Source: Lepidodermella squamata
Taxonomy: Eukaryota > Animalia > Gastrotricha
Assembly: GCA_047495785.1 (NCBI GenBank)
Contig: JBLDXI010000054.1
Coordinates: forward strand, 3,844,001-3,908,000
DNA length: 64,000 nucleotides
Direction: 5' to 3'
Shown here: in pieces, positions 11,558-35,665 of the stretch
Layout: each line of letters starts with the position of its first letter
How positions within the stretch are numbered: position 1 is the stretch's first letter
Made by a program: the position numbers and the translations under genes
Notes under the pieces: generated by a model
What the model saw: only the letters and a program-made list of their open reading frames with translations
Databases searched by the model: none
Told to the model about the DNA's origin: nothing

Positions 11558-13584
11558 CGAATAAATATATGTAACATCTTTATGAAATAAATGACTCGAA
11601 ACTGCAAAAGTATCCTGCTAGAATATTGTGTTTAAATACACCGGGTCTATAATGCAATACGATTCGATACCAACATCTATCGGTTTGGTATTCAGTTCAA
11701 GTATTTTTGTACCTGATTTTCAGTTCGAATGGAATTCTACCTCGATCGATTGGTGCAAGTCGGCAGCTCATGTTCCCGCTTGAAGCGGAGTCTCTTCCTG
11801 TATCAAAAAACATTGGTCGGAGTCACCTATCGCTGTCTGATTGATTATCAATGAACGCAAATATAAAAAACGAACGCTTACCTACTATATAAAATATATA
11901 ATGTTATGATTTTATGTCTTGTGTCAAAATATTTCTCGAAAATGTTATTCAAGGATATTTCAGCTTCAAAAGAGAAACAAATGCGATGACATAGCGCTAA
12001 CTTCGACTTTCATTTGCTGTTACCGGCATGATACGAATACAAACATATTCATTTCTACAAAATTTCTTTCCTACTCATCTGTATCGTCTGTTGTTTGTGC
12101 CCTACAATTGTGACTGTCCATCTTGAACGGCGATGGTGAACATTTTATTTCCAGCAGAGAATTTTGACACGTTAATACCCGGTGTGTCTCGGAAAATTTT
12201 ACGTCAGTGCACGACGAGCACCTCTCAATACGGTGTTTGTTGTCGAATTCTAGTGTTCTATCGTCACAATAATTTATTTTGAGCCATATATAAAACCTTT
12301 TCTATCATCGCATTATACGTGACTGAAGGCAATCTGATTTCGCGATGTAGCTGTAACGTCTATCTTTTTTATATGCAACATTTTTCTGTAATATTGAAAA
12401 ATTTAACAATAGCTGTTTTTATCTTCTCTCTCCGATATATGCTGAGTTAACGACAATAACTGTGTTGTCTCCCTATGTTATTGAGCGCCCTGTATGGTTG
12501 TTTGTCCTTCGTATGGTGATTATGTTGAAGACTGATGCTGAGCCGAAATCACCTCACTTTATCACTTCTAGTTGTTGCCCGCTCTTGCTATTTTTGTGTG
12601 CCCTTAAATTTCGAATAATAGTGTTCTTCCCGTTTTTTTCACTACAAAATAAAAACGACTAAATAATAATAATAATAATATACGTGAGTTATAATAAATA
12701 TTTTGTGCCTTATTTTCAATCTGTCGAGATCTGTAACATTCAAAAGCGCCTACTAGTTTTACATTTTTTGGTCCTAATCAAAAGAGACAGAGAACCTTAT
12801 TAACGGCATCACGTATTTTTGAAAAGCTTGCTTTTAATTAATGTATTCGTGTGAATGTCCACCAGGTAGAGGCTCTTCTTTTCAGCTGCTTTTTAATTCT
12901 GTGAAAAATTTATACAGAAACAGAGAGAGAGGAGACATTGCTTCTGTAATATCCCAGTTTTGTGAAAAAAATTTCTGCAGCCGCTTCTTTGTTCCACTTT
13001 ATATTGTAATCGATACATTAACTAATACTGTATAACTTTTGTTCACTCGGCCTGGTTTAATAATTGTAAAACAGGAAGTCGAACAAATTAAACTGACAAT
13101 AATTTCACTCTATTATGTGGCTGTGATTGTGTGTGGGTGATGAATTTATCGAGTTTAAAAGCCCCGGGAGCGCCATCCCCTGCCGCTCGAGTTCGCGCGC
13201 GCGTCGACCCCCGTTGCGCGCGCTTTTCAAATTGGTTCACTCCGCCCGGTTCGCGTTTGTGTTCAATTAAGCTCGTACATCCGCGAACTTTATTCAGTGC
13301 GCGAAAACGCGATTGCGCAACGCGCAAAATTCAGTCAGGATGTGCGGGCGTGAGATGTCGTGCTGCAATTTTAATGTTGGCTAATCCCAATCGCAAATAC
13401 CTCAATACCTTTGTTATGCGCGCTGCTGGGCCATTCCACCTGACAGAGTCGTGACCCTACGCCGAACTTGGCTTTGCTAGAAAAACCGCCTTAAGCGCTC
13501 GTGTCATTTTCAAGTATTTCGTTTAATCGATAAGCTTTATACCATCAATTTTAGGCGAGTTTTATAAGAAAACTTTAGAAAAAA

Positions 13585-16344
13585 ATGCCTTCGAAAATGC
13601 AAACCGAGTATTCGCGGAATTTCAAGTGGACCGACCGTCCGATCCGCTTCAAGCCGCCTACAGCTTCGTTGGACCCGAAACGCGGTGTTTGCGAGCCTCG
13701 ACGCGCCGGTCTTGCCAGCACTCAAATCGGTAGGTTTTTCTGATTTTTTTCCGATTTTTCCTTAATTTTTTATGTAATTTTTAGGTATTCACCGCGAGCC
13801 GCAAATTCAAGTGAAAGTGCACAGTGCATCGCCTAACCCAGTCCCGTCGGCCGAGCCAAGGCACCACCGGTCGAGTTCAGCCCATCATCGCCACAGCTCG
13901 GGCGCGCGGGCTGGAATTTCGCACAGCGCATCTGGCAGCGCCCTGCCATTTTCCGATCCTATCTACAGACCGGCGCCCGCTGTTGTTAGCTCTGCGCGCT
14001 CTGAGGACGCACCACCCGCTGGCAAGCCAACGTGGAAGCGCCCTGACCCGGCCGCTGTCGTCGCTGAGGACTTCATCCTGCTAGGCTCACAGCAAAAATT
14101 CGCTAGTAATGTGCCCTACCGCCTACGCAAACCGCTCGACCCGTCGCGACTCGCCCAATTACCACCCCAGCCACCAACCGCGACGCAATTAGTCGAAGAT
14201 GCAACGCAGACCGCACAGCCGCGAATTGTCGTCGCGTCCCCGCCTGTCGCTCGATTTTACACTGCCGATGAGAATGTTCAAGTCACCGAGGCTGAGTTGC
14301 AGAATGAAGCGCTCACCCCGCCGCCGTCCCCTCCGGACGCTCCCCGCCCTGGCCATGCCGTCCAAACCGAGGCAGTTCAAACCGATGTAGATGACCATTA
14401 CGCGGTCCGGCAACGCCTGGGTCTGGTCTCCCGTGTCAATGCTGGCCGTTTTCAGACGGAATACGGGCGAAATTACAACCCGAGCCATGCGGTTTCTGCC
14501 CCGTCTTTCCGCAGGATGAGATACGCCGACTCGCCGGTTATGAATGCCGAGACAATGTTCCGTCGCAGCCGATCTCCCATCGCCCCGCTTGGGCAAAGCA
14601 TGCCGTCGACGTTGCTTCAAACTGAGTACAACCGCAGTTTCAAGCCTTACCAATGGCAGTTGCACCAGCAGCCTCGACGCCGGTCGTTGAGTGCCGAGGG
14701 TCACGAGATAATGTACGAAGCTCAAGTTCCGAATCGATCGCCTATTCCTCCTGAGGTCCAGCAGATTCAGTACAAGGACAAGAAACATGACATTAAGGCT
14801 GACATTCTCGGTAAAATTAAGGGGGCTAAAGGGCCGAAGCGGTTCACTTCTGAGTACAAGGCGAATTTCCGCCAACCGTCGGCGTTCCATTACGAAGACG
14901 GAACGTGGCGTGGCGTTGCTCAACCTCACGTTGTCCTGGCTCAAACAGCACCGGCTAACGCGGTAGTTGCCGGTGACCCGAGTTGGATTGATGAAGTTCG
15001 CGAGTTGAAAACGCGGGCTAAGGAGTACCAAATGCGCAACAAGGGCACGCACTTCAGCTCAACGCACGTCGGCCAGTTGTTCAGTGATAAAGCTCAGCTG
15101 TGGGACCAGGCAGATCGGCAAAACGACGGCGGATCCCGTTTAGCCATGTTGGACGTTGCACCTCCAGCTCGCTCCGCCTCGGCTCATTTTGCGGAGCAGG
15201 AAGTTCCTGAGGTAGTGTCAGATTACGTTCAGGTCGATAATTTACCAACGCCTGAAGACCTGATCCGCCCGGCTGGTTTGCCAACCGTTCGTCGAGGAAA
15301 CGTGCGTGAAAGCCTCGAATGGTCTGTCCAATCGCCTGATTCGACCCCAGTCAATACGGAAAGTGAATGCTCATCAGCTGGGGAGGAAGTGGTCGAAGTT
15401 CAAGCGACTGCTACCGAGCAAGCCGTTCAAATTCCTGAACAGCCTGGTGTTAGCTATTTGTTAATTCCGAAGACCACTCGGTCGGAAGAGTCGGCGACAA
15501 GTAGCAGTGACAGTGTGATACCCTCGGCCGCTGGAGGTCGAGTTCGCACGAGCCGGTTGGCGGAAATTCAAGCGCGTGGCGACGGATCACCTCGGCGCCA
15601 TCATTTGGACGTGACCACCCCAGCCGTGGGCGGTGCGATCCTGGTATCACCACCGATGCCGGTTGAGACCTCACAACGTAAAAGCCGTTCGAGCAGCCGG
15701 TATCGCGACGATTCTGGCCGTTTAGTGCCAACAACTGGACATTCTAGCGGGTACTCGAGCGCAGCTCCAAGCCGACCCCGGTCACCTCAGTCGTACGGCA
15801 GACCAACCGGCGATACGCATTTGCTGGTCGACCGCGACCAGCCGCTAAAATTTAACTATGTCAGTGGGCCGAAATCCAAGTCAAGGCCGACCCCGGTCGA
15901 AACTCGTCCTGCAGCTGGAACGATTGAGCAGCTGATTCTGGAGAGGAGCCGTGAAAATGCTGGGGTTTTCAATTCGGGCGCTGCGGCTAAAAAGACGACC
16001 TCCACACGGAAAACGCTGTCTGCAACTCAACCCGTGAGTTCAATCATTGATTTATTTGATAAATTTCAAATTTTTTGTTCATTTTCAAGGTGGCTAGACC
16101 TGATACTAAAGCCTCACAGCGTTCAGCTGCTTTGACCGTGTCGATTCCGGACACATCGGCGACTTACAAAGTCAGCCGTCCGAACAAGTCAGCTGCTGCC
16201 CCGAAGGCGGCCTCTCAAAAGGACAAGGAGCAAAACTCACCGCCTTCTCGCTCATCATCAGCTACGTACAGTGCGGCTTCGGATGTGTTGGAGAAGGCTC
16301 GTTCCCGAGCCAACTTTTGGAGCAAGAGCACTACTGTTAAATGA
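13585..16344 (+). CDS. MDM1: Nuclear/centriolar microtubule-binding protein MDM1 homolog, 3 exons
   Basis: Repeats QTEYSRNF, QTEYGRNY, QTEYNRSF and TSEYKANF; AGLASTQI|GIHREP; WIDEVRELK..AKEYQMRNKGTHFS; HHLDVTTPAVGGAILVSPP; C-terminal ASDVLEKARSRANFW. Introns 13730-13784 and about 16034-16090. Confidence 0.85.
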
Positions 16345-17029
16345 GTAAAATCATGTAAAATCAAGCCATGACACCTTATCAGACACGATCTAGTCTGTTC
16401 ACCATACGTTTTTCCTCAGCTCTTTTTACGCGAAATCGCCTTCTTAAAAAATCTCTCGCTGTGATGGCTTGGTTTTTCTTCTTTTTTTGATATTTTTCGT
16501 GATCTGAAAATTGCTCGGTTTTTTCTGCGCCGCACTGGTTTACATTCCTCATACCTATGTTATTCAATCAAAGTAATTTTTTACACGATGCTCTGTATAC
16601 TTCTACATTGAACCAAATTTCGATCTGTGGTTGCCTTATAATTTTTCTTGTTGATCGTCGCCGACGTTCCGGTTCTTTTTCTCTCTTATTGTTTGACACT
16701 TTGTCGTGTGTTTTGCTTGGCTTGAGCACGTTTTTTTGATCACGATTACGCAGCGGACAGGCCTGCTTACGATTTCTCTTTGTTGAAGTTTGTATTTCCT
16801 TTTGTTATACAATTAAAATTATACTAATAATGCTCTTGAATACAGATAATACCTCCATTTCTCGTGTTCCAAGAGTTACTCAGTGCTATCCTTGATGTTG
16901 TTTGAACTCTATCAACTGCTGGAAATCATGATGATGCGATATATTCTGAGAGTGAACGAGAAACTTCAGCTTGCAGAGAATAATTGTAGATTTTCATTAA
17001 TAAATGCATTTTTGTCTTAAATGTTTTGA

Positions 17030-18594
17030 TCAGTAATCGACCATGAACAAAACCACAGGGCTAACAACGCTTACGAGGATGCAGAAAATGAAGAGAACGT
17101 AGTCGCTGATTAAAACTATCGTCGGCCAATCGTAGGTCTTCTTGACTACGTTATGGTAGACAGCTGAGTCTGATCGTTTGGAGTTGCGTTGCGAATTGCT
17201 GGCTTCCATAGACCGTTGATGGGGCTCTTCGTTAGCGTAAAAGGTTTCCAATACGCGATAGGCGAATAGTGACTGCAAGGTGATTACAATCGCAATCGTT
17301 GACTGAACCGTCAAAATTGTGAGGACAGCGCAAGGCCTCGACGTTTTAGGAATTATTGTGCTCGTCACTGTTATAGTTAAGCATAAAATATCTCGAACAA
17401 TTTAGATTAAATTTTTCCAGCAAACCTTGCTGTAGTACCCAAAATGTAAGAAGTAAGACTAGGTAATAGTTGGGCCTTTCAGGGCCATGTGGATGGAACA
17501 AACCGCCCAATTGAAGAACAGTTAACATTGCCTGTTAATCCAAAAACTTGTTTTAGCTAAAGGCAAATAATTATAAACCGGTAGCTTACGGAAGGAAAAA
17601 TTATTGCGTAGACGTAAAACAAGGGTTTCCTTTTTGCATGAAATTTGTATACAACTGTCGAATACTTGCTGCTGGAGTCATTGCCGACCGAGAACTGGTA
17701 AGTAACCGAAACCAGTCGCCAAACATTGCTCGACATCACACCGTTCGGGTCGTCTTGAGAGTCGCTGGAAAACGCCACGGTATCTCCATCGTCGTGAGAC
17801 AGCCGTACATACTCGATATCATCGTTCCAGGACACGAATTTGTACGAACAAAACTGTAAATCATACTTAATTTTTGTAAATGCTTGCTTTCTATGGCAGA
17901 CCTGTTCATCAAATGGGAAGTGTGCCAAATTCAGTTGACATTTACTTGGAAATCTGCCAGTTGGGTACCATGTCAGGTAGCCTAATTTAGGGTCGACCCA
18001 AGCCGGAACACTAGAGCCGTATTGGGATAGGCGGAATAGGTTTTCAGGGTCATTTAGCTGAGCCAAGGATGGGCTCCAAATCGTACTGATCGGAACGTTG
18101 AAATAGTCGAAATCTGTCAGATTGTCTAATAACAAAAAATCGTCAAACCAACGCAGGTAGACGATGCCAGTGAAAGCGATCTGCTCCGTGACGTCATCGA
18201 TGCCTTCGAAGTGCATGACTTCAATGCTCATGTTGACTCGAACAGGCTTATTCGGCGAGTCGCTTGATTTATAAGGCAGCACCATGAGACCGTTCGCTGA
18301 CGGGTATTTGTCCAACAGATTCTTGACAGCTTCTAAAGACCTAAGCCTGTCTGTCAATTCCTCATTTTCCATGACATTCAAGGTTGGTTCTGTCGCCGCG
18401 ATAAAATTTTGCCCACTCAATGTGACGGTGGTGGTTTGAATCTTACTGGTGGTTGAATTCAGGTTATCTATGACTGTAATTTTCGAATAATTGCTGTTCG
18501 AATTTGGAAATGTCACAGTTCCATTCGAAGCTTCGATACTGCTAGGTACACGAATTGAAAGTAACAAGATGAAATAAGCGCAGGAAATTCGCAT
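17030..18594 (-). CDS. Divergent Cys-loop ligand-gated ion channel subunit (nAChR-like, non-alpha), 4 exons
   Basis: Signal peptide, W.D..L, IWSP, Cys-loop C-QLNLAHFPFDEQF-C, RKPLFY before M1, four TM helices. Introns 17854-17901, 17532-17589 and 17368-17425. Confidence 0.88.
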
Positions 18595-21500
18595 TGTCTC
18601 CGATCGCTTGGAATAAAATCAGCAGCGGTGGACATTTTTTGGGGCAACTTAATTTTTTTGATCAAATAATCGGTTGGTAAATATTTGTAAGTACTTAGAT
18701 ACATCTTTCACGGTAATTTTTTGTTTCAAAGGTAAACAGCGACTGTTAGCCAAAACGAAAAAAACCTTGATTCAATCGATCTTTCTCCAATTCAATGTCT
18801 TTTCGCTTCATGAATGGCCACGTGAATTGTAATGTAACAACGTGCTCCGCCTTTCTTAGGGAATAATGGCAACTTCGAAATTTTATTGCGGCCTGTAAAC
18901 AAGCAGCTGGCGTCCTGCATCCGGCGCCGTGCATGAAGCACCAAGAGAGAGGTGTAATCGACGCGAGTGGAATATAAATCGAGAATAGAATTTCAATTTG
19001 CTCATGTGGACCGCGGCAATAATACGATCACTTGTGCAGGGCCAAGAAATAGCAATGCACAGTATATCGTTTTACAAAAACATGACATGTTTTACAATTT
19101 CTTAACTCGATTTCTCGAGTGTTGATCATCGAAAATTGCGAAAATAGTTTCGCAGCGGCGGAAATTTGGCAAAATTATGCTATTTTAGATTCAAGTCACG
19201 CGACCGATGATGAGTTGTTTGTTTGTTTTCGCTGTTTCTTGTTGCGAGAGGATGAGTCGCCCAATTTGTCGTGACAAATTCCTCGCGCGACTTTTGCCTC
19301 CAATTTCGCTCTCAGTGGTGCGTGTCACTCATATGAACAATAATTGCGGCGCCCTGATGCGATGGCGATGTTAATGATGAATCTCAGAAGACCACAAATT
19401 ATTTAGCTATTGGCTGCCCTGTAGTAATAATTATGATAGCGTGTCTTTTTATGGCGCGTATAACGCGTGAAGCGCTGTTTTGGCACGCTACAAAGTGTCA
19501 ATTGGCGCTCGCGACAAAGTCAGGCCCAGCGCGACGCTGCTTGCTGATTTTGCGTGTTATCAACTATATAATTTAAGTATATATCACAAGACGGTAATAT
19601 TGGGCTGCTAGCACACACCCTACGAAATGCTAGTGCATGGTGAGGCCCAGCTTTATTTCTTTATAATTAAATTGGCGCGCACTCAACGTCGGCGTGTCGT
19701 GACCGTCCAGCGACAACTCGGCGCATCCTCCTTGAAAATCCATGCGCGTATGCGCGCAACAGAACCGCTAATTATGACCACCACCGCGACGATTCTCGCC
19801 AGCTGTCTTCCGTCGCCCAATTTGGCAACTGCTATATCTATCATCACACAACTTTAATCGTCATCGCTTCTTAACTGGCCTATCCTCCTTAACTTGCTGC
19901 TGGCGTGCCGTCGGGTGTCCTCAGCCGGCCGGCGCACGCACGAAGAATTCCTTACGCCGCACGGATTACAACGTGGAATCTGACTGCAGGACATAGATAA
20001 ATTTAACATCAACAACGATAGATCGATATATTTCTACTTTTCTATCTCAATTTCCTTCACATTCCGGACCCAGTCTCCTGCGATTTACTTGCAAATAATT
20101 GTACCTGCTAATCATATATTTCAAAGCAGATTCAGACCAACGACTTTCCTATGGAGACGCTTCCCCTACGATGATTCAACGAATTTTCTCAGTTTAAAAC
20201 TAAGTTTCTCCATCTTCACCTGAAACAAATGGACTATATGCTTTGAAAACTTGTAAACATACCCGACCTCGCTATGGATCATTAACGGTGAAAAAAATTT
20301 GCGTCGGCGTATCGCATAGTGTCATTTCCAATTTGGGATCTCATACATATCGAGCTTTAGCTGAGAAAAAGTTCCAATATTTCTTATTATTTTTTGCTCT
20401 TTTATTAACTCCGCACGAGAACATCGCCCAGTTTTTAATATCATGCCTGTTCTTCATTACTGCTGGCCGACATCTCGTAGCGTCACATCATCACCCCTCG
20501 CCGGCTGTTTTCCACGCCGCTAACACCAGCGACCGCACCTTTTGCTATTATTACCGGCCTTTATTGCGTTAAAACACGCTCCCCGTTCGTCTCGTTGTTT
20601 TTCCGATGGCAAAAACTTGCTACACTATCATCATCATCTGAGATGCGAGGCTAACAATAGATACTTACCTGCTAAAACGCGGCGCTTGAACAATTATTTG
20701 AGCCAGATACATTTATTCTCGAGATGAAGATAATGATGCGCGTTCATCGTCATCATCATCATCATGATATTGCTAGGCGCGGGAAAGACTTATCGTCAAC
20801 AGCATTATACCACCTACCCTCTCCTTACAGCGTATAATGTGATTAGGACCGAATGTAGATATATGTTTATATTTGCCTACCTGCGCGCTCTGTTCTCAAG
20901 TCGGCGGGCAATGGGGAAAATAATAGTGGGTGACTAGAAAAATAACAACAAAATAATAAAAGGCGCGGCCGGCGTAAGGTGCTAATATTATTGTAGTTTA
21001 GTGTGCCTTCGAAGAGCAGGCGGCTTTGCGCGCCCGGCTGGTAGCGTATAACTCATCATCATCATCAAAATGTTGATTGTTTGCTCTTACTGTCCTACGG
21101 CGGGGCTCATCATCACTGCCGATGAACGCAAGCGCACGCTGCGCATTTTTCCATCGCTTAACACTTTTTAGGAGCCAAAGAACCAATAATAAAATAATTT
21201 AAAATATATTGCATTGTTATTGTTATTATACGCTTATCCCACCTGCTTGCGGTGTCTGATCTGTCGGAGCACAGGGTCAAACAAAAACACATCTCGCTGA
21301 AATATTAGCAGAGGCAGCATTAGTCATGCTGCAGTTTATTGCGCTTATTTTTTCAACCACTTTCTCTAGTTTACAGGTCGGTATATAAAATATTTTATTG
21401 CGCGCGCGCGCCACATCACCGAGCGCCGATGCAAACAACAAACAAATAAAGCGACGAGTAGTTGGCACTTTGAAAATTATTTCGCGAAGCGAGTCGCCCC

Positions 21501-22345
21501 TCTCAGCCCAGCCCATTGTTCCCATTAAATTTTTCTGCCGAAAACAGGCGCGAAAAACTTGCTTTTTGCATGTTGAAATTATTAATTACCCGGCTTTATT
21601 TTAGCCTTAATTGTCAATAACATTCGACTCGTGGGGTCAAAAGCAGCATAATAAATATACCTATCCCGGCTATTATTTTGCCAACCCAACCAGTAACAGC
21701 AGAACAACAACAAACCGAATGCGCGGCGGGATATGTGGAACGTGCAACTCTGTCGGGCTTGTGAAAGTAGGAAAACAGTACCTGTTCGAACTCGGCGATT
21801 TCGCCAAAACGAACGCCGTTTAATTATGCATATCATTGGCACTATAGCATTCGAGCGCTAAAGCGCGTCGCCGATTTTATCCGCTTGTCTCACACACACA
21901 CACACTGACGAGTTTACTGCTCTGTGGCGACAGCGGCCGCGCCTACTTGCATGTTTTCTGAAAACATTTCTTACGTTGTTTTTGATCGGCACGTGAAATC
22001 TTGCACCTTACCACCTGTCAGCAATGGTAATATTTGTTCATTCCTACACAGTTTAGGTCGTGCGGCTAGATCAAGGCCCGCTATTATTTGAGAAGATTAC
22101 CTTTTACACGGCTCAAGAACACCTTCGCCGCAGTATATAAAACTTATCTATAATAAAAGTGTTGGCGTTGGTTTGTTTTCAAAACGGCGTCCGAAACAGC
22201 AACACCGAACATAGGCAGCCCTCATCATGGTACAACAACACCGTCTGTTAATGTCAAGGCCTTGTCAGCTATCGTTTTAAAGCGTCCGCCGCCTCGCCTA
22301 CTGCCTACAATTGCAGTAGTCGCGGACACTACTCATAACAAAAAC

Positions 22346-33724
<11,379 letters not shown>

Positions 33725-35665
33725 ACTAAATTATCGTCTCATCGCTTGTACAAATTTCGCGTGTAAAAATTTTAACGAGAGGAGAGCTTTTATAACCGAT
33801 TCAAATCCGTATATATTCAAAACGGTTTATCTATTGTTTTTTTTGCGTTAACCGAGTCGTTCGGTTGGCGGATTTTGGCCACGTACTAGTCACTTTTTCA
33901 CGCTACTACAATAACAAAAGCAACGATGATTATGATGATAGATAGTAGGTATGCACTACTTGCGAAGATGAGACTGTGCCTGCATCTTCTTTTCATGGCT
34001 TTATTTTTCGAGAAATCAGCTATCGGCGATAAATATATTGTTATACGATGAAATATCTAGTTTATACTTGCAGCTATTGTTGTTGCGTTTCATGATGCGC
34101 GCCGAGCTTGGCAATCTACCTCTTGTGTTCGGCTCGGTTTCCTCACATCTCCAGCTGAAAAAATCTGTCTCCTTGCACACTCGTTTTTTTGTCTTCATTT
34201 CTCTTTGTTTTGTTTCTCTTTTTTGTTGCTGCTGCACGTCACAATTCATGTCACACTGACCAGATCGTTTGACTGTAGAGATAAGTTCTGTAGAAGAATC
34301 GCTAGTTCTAATACTTTACATACCGATACATAATGTTGAATAATTTATACGGATAATTTTGAAAAGTGCCATAATATTCCCTAAGGAAAATAACTGCGAG
34401 CGAATTGTTACGATGACTGTTGTTTCAACTTTGGATAATTTGACACTTTCCTCTACTTTTTCTCAAAAATAATGTTGGTATTATAATTAACAGCCCAAAT
34501 ATGTCTACGACTGAATGATGCATTTTCATCTGACTTGAGACTTTTATCTGTTGGTTCCTGTTTTGTACTGAATATCTGCAAGCCATTCGCAAGCCTAATT
34601 TTGAGCGGTTTCGGTTCGAATGGAGAGATTCGATGCAGCAAGTTGGTTAGTTGGAATGACGATGGACACAGTTTTAAATGGCTAAAATCAATGACATGAC
34701 GATGTTGACGGCAATAAACAGATTTAGTTTACGCAAACCGATGTTGTTTTTTTTGTTGATCTCTGGTTCGGTTTTTAATTTGGCTTAACAGAAGTAGTGC
34801 ACTTGCCAATAGCCCCGTTGCAGCTCGATGAGCTCAGCATAGTCAGTTCAGCATATCTGCTTTTAAACTCAGAGTATAACAGTTGAAACCATTTCTGCTT
34901 ATGAGAAGAGACTTCATGAGCTGTTTAATAGTATGGGAAAACATTTAGACTGTTCCCGAAGGTAAATCTTGAATCTTGAATGCTTCCATCGCATTAATTC
35001 GAATTTTGGTGCAGCAAGACTTCATGTAACCTCAAATAGAATATCTCCAACAAAATGTCAAAATAAAGTCTCGAACCCCGCCCAAACTTTGCCATTGATT
35101 TGCTACTGATTCCCTGAAAATGCCAGAACAGCAGTGCAAGGTAGGGTCAAGGGTAAGGTGCTATTGACGAAGCAGGCATTGCGAACAACACAAGGATATG
35201 ACACTTGACTATAAGATCGGCGTTAGGCCAAGTCCGACTATCATCCTGGTAAACTGTTAAGCCCTTTTTGATAGCCTATAACTAACTCTAAGATGTTGCG
35301 ATTTAGATTTTGGTTCCTTTGAGTATTTCCACCATTAGAGGAGTATGACTACCCACGTCTGCAACCTTAAGCGGCGAATTTGGATGTATCCCTGTCAATT
35401 GCTCGAAATCGAAGTTCGTATCCCATCATCTTATGATCATGAGCTACTGAAGAGTTTTTATACCAGTCAATCGCGTTTAGGATGGGTAGAATACGATGAT
35501 TGGCCGTCAATCGTACAGGAAAAATGATTTACTCAATACTTCACATGCTTTTTCAGAGAGAATCCACGACCGTTTCGCAATCCACGTCGGATTCGTCACT
35601 GCGGAATAATATTCCGTTCTACTTTAAATCGGAATGTAGCCATATTTTTATACAGTATTACCACA

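Larger units (their letters stand above)
11301..11698. mobile_element. Non-coding Penelope-like (PLE) pLTR-derived insertion with inverted arms and 13-bp TSD
   Basis: AAGTATTTTTGTA occurs at both 11288-11300 and 11699-11711. 11299-11437 is the exact reverse complement of 11487-11625. Each arm carries a hammerhead core followed by AATAAA. Confidence 0.8.

Noticed and set aside
11299-11625. Possible CRISPR array or assembly fold-back explanation of the repeats
   Set aside because: There is no repeat-spacer periodicity and the context is eukaryotic. The flanking 13-bp TSD and hammerhead/AATAAA content favour a real retro-insertion, though read-level confirmation is still needed.
14189-15052. 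287-aa minus-strand ORF and many other antisense or alternative-frame ORFs over real genes
   Set aside because: These are shadows of GC-rich coding sequence with no recognisable motifs.
34921-35020. AAG|GTAAAT followed by AATTTTGG, resembling a spliced-leader RNA donor plus Sm site
   Set aside because: Both motifs are short and common in AT-rich DNA. I could not build a donor-containing stem-loop or match a known leader.
34800-35560. Possible decayed transposase or RT fragments here, and at 23.4-24.4 kb and 60.0-60.6 kb
   Set aside because: No recognisable protein motifs or terminal repeats. A TBLASTX against a repeat library would be needed.
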